From positions 184,824,001 through 184,888,000 of the forward strand of contig NC_086097.1 in the NCBI RefSeq assembly GCF_963921235.1: a DNA stretch of 64,000 nt, given 5' to 3'. Shown here in pieces: positions 25,631-34,178 of this stretch. Every line of letters begins with the position of its first letter. Positions within the stretch are counted from its first letter, which is position 1. Both the position numbers and the translations under genes were made by a program. The notes under the pieces are model-generated. The model was not told the origin of the DNA and ran no database searches. It saw only the letters and a list, made by a program, of their open reading frames with translations. The stretch is from Mobula hypostoma. Lineage: Eukaryota.

Positions 25631-25723
25631 TGTAACCTTGAAATTGATCTTGTGAAATTTTGTTAGAATGATAGATTTTCAGAAGACTTGCATTGTAGCC
25701 CATGTGAGAGACACAAGCTTATG

Positions 25724-25895
25724 TCAGCAGGTAGAATCTGTGGAAAGAGAAACAATGAACAATTCAGGTCTGTAACCCTTGGCTCTGACGAAAGGCTCAG
25801 GACCTAAAATGTTAACTGTTTCGCTTTCTATAGATGCTGCTTGACTTGCTGTGTTTCTGGAAATTTTGGTTTCTTGTTCAGAATTCCAACATATA
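25724..25895. mobile_element. Fold-back (inverted) PLE-derived element with eroded hammerhead motif
   Basis: 25724-25770 is the imperfect reverse complement of 25801-25851; CTGACGAAAGG at 25785. Confidence 0.65.
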
Positions 25896-26126
25896 ATTTT
25901 CACACAATATCTTTGAGGTATGGCTTCCCAACTATTGGTGAGTTACAAAAATAAATTGTAATATGTGATTTCACCTTCCCCTGCTCATATATACCAGAAG
26001 ATTAGGTAGCTAAATTTTACAGGATTCATGAAATGGTACATATCTAAAAAAGGATCTAGTGCTTTACTAGCTTATATGACGAATAAACTCTTCTTGGGCT
26101 TCCAGCCGGGTACTAGTATTGATTTT

Positions 26127-26170
26127 AACCAAAGTTTCAATGACAGACTCTGCCATTTTCATCAGGGGTG
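26127..26170 (-). ncRNA. Degenerate hammerhead ribozyme motif of the second PLE family
   Basis: Minus strand CACCC-CTGATGA-A-AATGGCAG-AGT-CTGTCATT-GAAAC-TTT-GGTT: 8-bp stem II, but the cleavage triplet reads TTT instead of GTC. Confidence 0.6.
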
Positions 26171-26870
26171 ATGCCAGGGCACATCTAGTTTGGTGGTATT
26201 TATATTCCGTTATCCATCCCATCTAATTGGTTAGTCCTCATCCAATCAGATTTCTGGTAACGATGGTAAGCCGTTAAAGATGGCGCCGGTAACTGGCGAC
26301 TTTGCGCGTGCTCTCCCGAGCAAACTGCCCTCTCCACTATCCTATACCCGAGAAACCCTTCTAAACCTCCAATTATCAAGATCAAGATCAACAACACCCA
26401 GGCGAAGCAACTGACCCAGCTGGAGACCACCGCGCCAGAACTGCCAGACCAACGAAGCGCACCACGTTCCCAGAGATCCGCAGTCTGCTACCGTGCCAGA
26501 GCGCTTGGAGACACGGCCCATTCCGACCAGCACCTCTCCGGAGCAGATGACCACACAGAAGTGACGGCGGAGACCTCAAGGTCCCCCAGACGCTTCCCCG
26601 GAGCGACCACCGTAAAGCCCCGTTGGTGGTCATCCACAGCTGCCGGAAGTGAGACCTCCGCCGCCGACCTTGGAAATCGAGCCCGAGGCTCAGCTGGAGT
26701 GGAGGCCTCCACAACCGTGACTCGGCTTAAGGACTTGTTTCAGCAAGGAGCCCAGCCATCCGGGATTAAGTATCGGCTTTGGGGCCCACCCCAATCAACA
26801 GCCCGGGCCCCCAGCAGCAGGAAGTGGTAGTGGAGCCTCCCCCGTTACTCAGCCCGACCCGGAGCGCACA

Positions 26871-27452
26871 ATGATGCAACCCGCCGATCGATTCCCGCGG
26901 GACGTGTGCACCAACCTCAGAGCTGACAACAACACACTGTATCGATGGAAACCTGGAAAGATGCACTGTTTACTGAGGAAGCGTGGGAAAAGAGCTGGGC
27001 TGCTGGACAGATTGAAGCTGAGGGGCTTCAGGGTCCCTATGCCCACCATCCTACTAGCTAATGTGCAAGCCATAGAGACCAAGGTGGATGATCTTAAAGG
27101 GAGACTCACCTACTGCAGGGAGATGCAGAACTGCTGTGTATTCTGTTTCACTGAGACGTGGCTCTCCCCTGCCACCCCCTACTGTGCCATCCGACCGGAG
27201 CGATTTTTGATCCATCAAATGAACCGCACAGCATCTTCGGGCAAGACAAGGGGAGGTGGTGTCTGCCTACTGATCAACACTACATGGTGCTTGGACACAG
27301 TGGCACTGACAGGCTCCTGCAGCCCAGACCTGGAAGTGTCGTCCCTACTATCTGCCATGGGAATTCACCTCAGTCATACTGACAGTGGTCTACATTCCCC
27401 CCCAGGCGGACATAGAGTGTGCTCTGAACATACTGTATACCAACATCAGTGA
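26871..27452 (+). CDS. N-terminal part of LINE APE endonuclease; frameshifted near 27335
   Basis: RKRGKRAG, ILLANVQAIETKVDDL, CFTETWL, GKTRGGGVCL; after the frameshift it continues as CRPYYLPWEFTSVILTVVYIPP in the frame of the next ORF. Confidence 0.8.
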   Translation: MMQPADRFPRDVCTNLRADNNTLYRWKPGKMHCLLRKRGKRAGLLDRLKLRGFRVPMPTILLANVQAIETKVDDLKGRLTYCREMQNCCVFCFTETWLSPATPYCAIRPERFLIHQMNRTASSGKTRGGGVCLLINTTWCLDTVALTGSCSPDLEVSSLLSAMGIHLSHTDSGLHSPPGGHRVCSEHTVYQHQ

Positions 27453-29631
27453 ACTTGAGACCAGGTATCTGGAGGCTTTGCTCATTACAGCCGGGGACTT
27501 TAACCAGGCCAACCTCAGAAAGGCGCTGCCAAAGTTATACCAACATGTCTCCTGCCCAACTAGAGGCCCAAATATACTTGACCACTGCTACACAGCAGTC
27601 AAGGATGCCTACCGTTCCATCCCACGGCCTCACCTCAGAAAATCCGACCATCAGGCCGTACTCCTCCTCCCGGCTTACAAACAGAAACTGAAGCGGGAGG
27701 TCATGGTGTCAAAAATAGTGTCGTATTGGACAAAGGAAGCAGATGAGGTCATCCGTGACTGCTTTGAATTGGTGGACTGGTTAGTATTCAAGGACTCGGC
27801 AGCTAACCTTAATAAGTATGCCTCAGCTGTCACGGACTTTATTTGGAAATGCAGGGAGGACTGTGTGTCTCGCAAGACGATCCGGGTATTCCCTAACCGG
27901 AAATCTTGGATGAATTATGAGGTCAAGTCCCTTTTAAAGCCTAGAGCTGCGGCTTTTAGGTCCGGGGACACCAGTCGCTACACGGAATCCAGGTGTGAAC
28001 TCTGGAAAGCCATTAAGGGCGCCAAGAGGCAATATCGAGCCAAGTTGGAAGCCCAAGCTAACCAGAGGGATGCCAGTAGACTATGGCAGGGTCTAAATGA
28101 GATCACTGGGCGCAAAGAAAAGGCTGGGAATATCAATAACTGTGGCGCTTCTCTTCCTGACGAACTTAACGTATTCTATGCAAGATTCAAACAGAAGAGG
28201 AGCGTCCCGCTCCCTCCGGATGAACCGGACCTGGTGGCATCGAGATTCATAGTCACCGAGGAGGACGTTAGAAGGGCCTTCCTGAAGATAAATCCAAGGA
28301 AGGCGACGGGCCCAGATGGTGTCCCAGGACGGGTTCTCTGGGCCTGTGCAAGCGAGCTAGCTGGAGTGTTTACTGACATCTTCAACTGCTCCTTGCTTCA
28401 GTCTAAGATCCCCCCGTGTTTCAAGAAAGCAACAATAATCTCAGTGCCGAAGAAGAGCAAGGTGGCATGCCTGAATGACTATCGACCTGTGGCTCTGACA
28501 TCAATTGCTATGAAGTGCTTCGAGAGATTGGTTATGGCACACATCAACCACAGCCTACCGGTCAACCTCGACACTTTGCAATTCACCTACCAAAGCAACA
28601 GGTCAATGGCAGATGCCATCTCTCTGGCCCTACATTCCTCCTTAGAACACCTGGAGAATAAAGACGCATACGTAAGGCTCCTTTTCATTGACTACAGCTC
28701 TGCCTTTAATACCATTATGCCAAATAAACTGATTCCTAAGCTCCGGAACCTTGGCCTTAGCGCTCAGATCTGCAGCTGGATCTTCAACTTCCTCACAGAC
28801 AGGACCCAGGCTGTAAAAATAAGGGACAAGCTCTCCTCTACAATCACTCTGAGCACCGGTGCCCCACAAGGCTGTGTACTCAGCCCCCTGCTGTACTCAC
28901 TGTACACCCATGATTGTGTAGCCAAGTTTCCATCAAACTCAATATATAGGTTTGCTGATGACACAACAATTGTAGGTTGTATCTCAGGTAATGAAGAGTT
29001 TGAGTACAGAGAGGAAATTAAGAACCTGGTGGCATTGTGCGAAGACAATTACCTATCCCTCAATGTCAGCAAGACGAAGGAATTGGTTGTTGACTTCAAA
29101 AGGAGTAGCGAACCGCACGACCCAATTTACATCGGTGGTGCGCAAGTGGAACAGGTCAAAAGCTTTAAGTTCTTTGAGGTCAATATCACAAATGACCTGA
29201 CTTGGTCCAACCAAGCAGAGTCCACTGCCAAGAGGGCCCACCAGCGCCTTTACTTCCTGAGAAAACTAAAGAAAATTGGCCTGGCTCCTAAAACCCTCAC
29301 TAATTTTTATAGATACACCGTAGAAAGCATTCTTCTAGGGTGCATCACAACCTGTTATGGAAGTTGTCCTGTCCAAGACCGAAAGAAGCTGCAGAAGATC
29401 ATGAACACGGCGCAGCACATCACACAAACCAATCTTCCGTCCGTGGACTCACTTTACACCGCGCGCTGTCGGAGCAGTGCTGCCAGGATAATCACGGACA
29501 CGACCCACCCAGCCAACACACTATTTGTCCCTCTTCCCTCCAGGAGAAGGCTCAGGAGCTTGAAGACTCATACGGCCAGATTTGGGAACAGCTTCTTTCC
29601 AACTGTGATAAGACTGCTGAACGGATCCTGA
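27385..29631 (+). CDS. LINE ORF2: endonuclease C-terminus + reverse transcriptase, 748 aa uninterrupted
   Basis: AGDFN, LDHCY, SDH (APE); KATGPDG, YRPVALTS, FIDYSSAFNT, GAPQGCVLSPLLYSLYT, FADD, FGNSFFP (RT). Confidence 0.92.
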   Translation: MVYIPPQADIECALNILYTNISELETRYLEALLITAGDFNQANLRKALPKLYQHVSCPTRGPNILDHCYTAVKDAYRSIPRPHLRKSDHQAVLLLPAYKQKLKREVMVSKIVSYWTKEADEVIRDCFELVDWLVFKDSAANLNKYASAVTDFIWKCREDCVSRKTIRVFPNRKSWMNYEVKSLLKPRAAAFRSGDTSRYTESRCELWKAIKGAKRQYRAKLEAQANQRDASRLWQGLNEITGRKEKAGNINNCGASLPDELNVFYARFKQKRSVPLPPDEPDLVASRFIVTEEDVRRAFLKINPRKATGPDGVPGRVLWACASELAGVFTDIFNCSLLQSKIPPCFKKATIISVPKKSKVACLNDYRPVALTSIAMKCFERLVMAHINHSLPVNLDTLQFTYQSNRSMADAISLALHSSLEHLENKDAYVRLLFIDYSSAFNTIMPNKLIPKLRNLGLSAQICSWIFNFLTDRTQAVKIRDKLSSTITLSTGAPQGCVLSPLLYSLYTHDCVAKFPSNSIYRFADDTTIVGCISGNEEFEYREEIKNLVALCEDNYLSLNVSKTKELVVDFKRSSEPHDPIYIGGAQVEQVKSFKFFEVNITNDLTWSNQAESTAKRAHQRLYFLRKLKKIGLAPKTLTNFYRYTVESILLGCITTCYGSCPVQDRKKLQKIMNTAQHITQTNLPSVDSLYTARCRSSAARIITDTTHPANTLFVPLPSRRRLRSLKTHTARFGNSFFPTVIRLLNGS

Positions 29632-31051
29632 CCCGGATCTGGACCGTACCCTCCAAATATCCGGACCTGCCTTTTGGTTTTTTTGCACTACCCTACTTTC
29701 CATTTTTCTATTTTCTATTTATGATTTATAATCTAAATTTTTAATATTTACTAATTTTTACAATTTTTAATATTTTTAATATTTACTATTTGTAATCCAG
29801 GAAGTGGGAAGCACAGAATCAAATATCACTGTGATGATTGTACATTCTAGTACCCATTGTTTGGCGACAATAAAATATAGTATTTCACTTTGTTTATAAT
29901 CGAATTCCAGTTCTTACTTAGAGTGAGACCTTCGTCTTTGTTAAAATTCTTTCCCCCGGTTTTATTCAATGGCTTCCTTCACCAGGTGATCCGAAAAGCC
30001 ATTGGCACAGAACAATAGTTTTGTGCCATTGAAGTCAGTCCTATGGCCGTGAACAACTGTTGTGCACAAACGAACAGAATTGCCGTCTTCATCGGCTATT
30101 GCTAATTTCTACATTGAAGACTTTGAAGAGAGGGCTCTAAGTTCACCGCCATTACACCCCCAATGCTTCTTCAGACACGTCGATGACACCTCTGTAGTGT
30201 GGACTCATGGACTCCAGGCACTCCAACAATTCCCGGACCATCTGAACGTCCAAGCATTCAACTTACAATGGAGATGGAGAAGAATGGTTGTCTCCCGTTC
30301 CTAGGCATTCTAATATGACAGAGACTGGACAGTAGCCTCAGACATTGCGTCTCTTGGAAACCCATTCAAACGGACTTATACATCAATAATAACAGCCACC
30401 ATCACACCTCCCAATGTAGAGTGGTTCTTTCTACAAACGTACTTTGATTAACTATGCAAGAACTATTTCGGACTAGAAGAGCCCCCACGAAGAAATAAAA
30501 CGATTATGCGCAATGTTCCAACAAAATGGATACAAGGTGAAGGAAATCAACTGGGCCCTTAAAATGGCTGATGGAAAAATGACTCAATCATTAAAGTACT
30601 CAATGGCAATACTGGGGTATTTACAGTGCTAGAAAAAGTATTTACCCCCCTTGGAAATTTTCATGTTTTATTATTTTACAACATTGAATCACAGTGGATT
30701 TAATTTGGCTTTGTTGACCCTGCTTAACAGAAAAATATTCTTTCTTGTCAAGTGAAAACAGATCTCTACAAAGTGATCTAAATTAATTACAAATATAAAA
30801 CAGAAAATAACTGATTACATACATATTCACCCTCTTTAATATGACACAACAAATCATCACTGTTGCAGCCAATTCATTTTAGAAGTCACAAAATTAGTTA
30901 AATGGAGATCATCGTGCATGCAGCCTGGTACAGCCGTTCCGATCTATTCTTACTTTCTTCTTCTTATTTTTTAATTTACGTTATTTTTTTTTTCTCACGG
31001 TAACATGTCGAAGCTGCACCCTCTCTAACATGCTAGTAGAGAGAGTTTTAT

Positions 31052-32048
31052 GTCCTCACCTACTACCCCACCAGCCTTCGGGTCCAACATATTATTCTCC
31101 GTAATTTCTGCCACCTCCAACAGGATCCCACCACTAAGCACATCTTTCCCTCACCACCTCTCTGCTTTCTGCAGGGATCGCTCCCTACGCAACTCCCTTG
31201 TCCATTCGTCCCCCCCATCCCTCCCCACTGATCTCCCTCTTGGCACTTATCCTTGTAAGCGGAACAAGTGCTACACATGCCCTTACACTTTCTCCCTTAC
31301 CACCATTCAGATCCCCAGACAGTCCTTCCAGGTGAGGCGACACTTCACCTGTGAGTCAGCTGGGGTGATATACTGCGTTCGGTGCTCTCGATGTGGCCTT
31401 CTATATATTGACGAGACCCGACGCAGACTGGGAGACTGCTTTGCTGAACACCTAAGCTCTGTCCGCCGGAGAAAGCAGGATCTCCCAGTGGCCACTCATT
31501 TTAATTCCACATCCCATTCCCACTCTGACATGTCTATCGATGGCCTCCTCTACTGTAAAGATGAAGCCACACTCAGGTTGGAGGAACAACACCTTATATT
31601 CCGTCTGGGTAGCCTCCAACCTGATGGCATGAACATTGACTTCTCTAACTTACGCTGATGCCCCACCTCCCCCTCGTACCCCATCCATATTATTTATTTT
31701 TATACACACATTCTTTCTCTCTCAATCTCCTTTTTCTCCCTCTGTCCCTCTGACTATACCCCTTGCCCATCCTCTGGTTCCCCCCCCCATCTTTCTCCCT
31801 GGGCCTCCTGTCCCATGATCCTCTCATATCCCCTTTGCCAATCACCTGTCCAGCTCTTGGCTCCATCCCTCCCCCTCCTGTCTTCTCCTATCATTTTGGA
31901 TCTCCCCCCCCCCCCACTTTCAAATCTCTTACTAACTCTTCCTTCAGTTAGTCCTGACGAAGGGTCTCGGCCTGAAACGTCGACTGTACCTCTTCCTAGG
32001 GATGCTGCCTGGCCTGCTGCGTTCACCAGCAACTTTGATGCATGTTGT
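31052..32048 (+). mobile_element. 5'-truncated Penelope-like element (GIY-YIG domain + 3' terminal repeat), same family as 14519-15844
   Basis: CKRNKCYTC, VIYCVRCSRCGLLYIDET, FAEH, HFN, LGSLQPDGMNIDF; target-site duplication GAGAGTTTTAT (31041-51) / GAGGGTTTTAT (32049-59). Confidence 0.93.
31949..31986 (+). ncRNA. Minimal type-I hammerhead ribozyme motif in PLE terminal repeat
   Basis: TAGTC-CTGACGA-AGGGTCTCGGCCT-GAAAC-GTC-GACTG: conserved core CUGANGA/GAAA/GUC, stem I TAGTC:GACTG, short stem II, loopless palindromic ACGT in place of stem III. Confidence 0.75.
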
Positions 32049-33724
32049 GAGGGTTTTATTTGGGTTTTTTTTTAGCACTGGAAATGGTTACATCCCGACA
32101 CACAGGACAGACGCAAGGTTGCATTGTGTATTCCAGCTAATGCCGGCCGGTTTAGCGAGCAGAGCGGCGGACACCCCTGCTGAAATCCGGAGGAAAACAC
32201 ACAGAGGATGCAGAGGGGGATCACAAAGTCGAAGAAAGAGGACCGGGTCGAGACAACAGAGTCTTATGGAGAAGAGGAGTTCGGTGGGTAATACCATTCT
32301 GGCTGACCGGAAGTGCACTGAGAGCAGAAAGCGTAAAGGAGTTGGGTGCTTGCTGATCTGGTTAACAACAGATAGTGCAATCCGGGTCATATTATGATCG
32401 AGGAACATGTTTGCAGACTGGATATTGAACTTTTTACTGTTGGACTTCAGCCACATTCCACCGTGATACAACACTCAGCGGCACGGGAGGTAGTTCCTGC
32501 CTGTGGCCATCGAACGTGCAGCTCCTCCTGTGGAGGGTCAGACACCCTGAGCCACTGGACTGGTCCTGGACTTAATTTCCATCTGGCGTAGTTTGCATTT
32601 TACTGTCTGATTGTTGGTGGTTTTTGTATTGCTATATTTACGCTCTATTCTTGGTTGGTGCGGCTGTGACGAAACCAAATTTCCCTCAGGATTAATAAAG
32701 TATATCTATCTATCTATCTATCTGTGGACAGTCAAGGTGTTTCAATTGATTGTAGGAAAAATACACCTGTATCTGGAAGGTTTAACTGCTGGTGAGTCAG
32801 TATCTATCAAAAACTACACCATGAAGACAAAAGAAAAGTCCAAGCAACTCCGTGAAAAGGTTATTGGTCAAGAGATGGATACAAGAAAATTTCTAAGTCA
32901 CTGAATATCCTTCAGTTAAGTCAATCATCAAGAAATGGAAAGAGCATGGCACAGCTGTAAATCTGCCTAGAGCAGGCTGTCCTCAAAGACAGAGTGACTG
33001 TGCAAGAAGGGGACTAGTGAGGGAGGCCACCAAGAGACCTATGACAACTCTGGAGGAGATACAAGCTTCAGTGGCTGAGATGGGAGAGATGGTACGTACA
33101 ACAACTGTTGCCCGGGTGCTTCACCAGTCACAGCTTTATGAGAGAATGGCAAAGAGAAAACCACTGTTGGAAAAAGAACTCACATGGAATCTTGGCTAGA
33201 GTTTGCTATAAGGCATGTGGAAAATTCTGAAGTCAGCTGCAAGAAGGTTGTATGGTCTGATAAAACCAAAATTGAGCTTTTTGGCCATCAGATGAAATGT
33301 TATGTTTGGTGTAAGCCAAACACCACGCATCATCAGAAACACACCATTCCAATTATGAAGCATGGTGGTGGCTGCATCATCTGTGGGGATGTTTCACTGC
33401 AGCAGGCCCTGGAAGGCTTGTGAAGGTAGAGGGTAAAATGATGCAGCAAAATACAGGAAAATCTTGGAGAAAAACCTAATACAGAGAATGGTGACTTGGG
33501 AGAAAATTTGTTTTCCAGCAAGATAATGGCCCCAAGCATAAAGCCTAAACCACACAGGGATGGCTTAAAAATGACAAAGTTAATGTCCTAGAGTGGGCAA
33601 GTCAGAGTCCAGACCTCAATCTGATTGAGAAATTGTGGCTGGACTTGAAAAGGGCTGTTCACCCACGATCCCCATGCAATCTGACAGAGCTTGAGCAGTT
33701 TTGTAAAGAAGAATGTCTTTTTTG

Positions 33725-34178
33725 TGTGTGTGAACACAGCTCAGCACATCACAAGAACCAGCCGCACCTCTATGGACTCTATCCATATTTCTCGCTGCCT
33801 CTGTAAAGCAACCAGCATAATCAAAGACTCCAGCCAGCCACCTCAGACATTCTCTCTTTTCTGCACTCCTATTGGGCAGAAGATACAAAAGCCAGGCTCA
33901 GAAACAGCTTGTATCACACTGTTATCAGCTATTTGAATGGATGTCTTGTACAATAAGATGGACTCTTGGCCTCACAATCTATCTCGTTATGACCTTGCAC
34001 TTTGTTGTTTTCCTGCTCTGCACTTTTTTTGGTGGCTTTTAACTTTATTCTGCGTGATTATTGTTTTACCTTCCACAAGCTCAATGCACTGAGTAATGAT
34101 TTGATCTGTACGAACAATATGCAAGACAAACTTTTTCACTGTACCTTGGTACACAAGACAATAATAAACCAATATCAA
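33725..34178 (+). mobile_element. Rex1/Babar-type 3' fragment abutting the truncated Tc1
   Basis: VNTAQHITRTS..SMDSI..SRCL.KATSIIKD; tail AATAAACCAATATCAATA. Confidence 0.8.

Larger units (their letters stand above)
26255..29881 (+). mobile_element. Near full-length Rex1/Babar-type LINE (APE endonuclease + RT)
   Basis: AAGATGGCGCC 5' motif, CpG-rich leader, two long overlapping ORFs, AT-rich 3' UTR with AATAAA at 29869; possible ATTTC duplication (26250-4 / 29882-6). Confidence 0.93.
26078..30575. mobile_element. Second PLE family, decayed: minus-strand 3' end (26078-26254 + 29887-30050) and plus-strand RT piece (~30080-30575), interrupted by the Rex1-type LINE
   Basis: Minus: DFNGTKLL..LVKEAIE..NFNKDEGLTLSKNW (GIY-YIG C-terminus). 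Plus: AIANFYIEDFEERAL, FFRHVDDT, LTMEMEKNGCLPFL, TDLYINNNSHHH, FQQNGY. Confidence 0.8.
30925..32722 (+). mobile_element. Internally deleted Rex1/Babar-type derivative (5' leader + endonuclease scraps fused to 3' end)
   Basis: RRKTHRGCRGG basic motif, ADR...SRKRKG.G, DIELFTVGL, then directly TTCCTGCCTGTGGCCATC..GGAGGGTCAGACA.CCTGAGCC as at 3946-4010; AATAAAG(TATC)n tail. Confidence 0.7.
30624..33716 (+). mobile_element. Tc1-family (DD34E) transposon, pseudogenised, right end missing, split by nested insertions at ~30925-32722
   Basis: TA|CAGTG..AAAAGTATTTACCCCC left TIR with a second TATTCACCC repeat at ~30824. Transposase from 32821: MKTKE.SKQLREKVI, GYKKISKSL, WSDKTKIELFG, KHGGG, FQQDNGPKH, LEWASQSPDLNLIEKLW. 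Confidence 0.9.
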
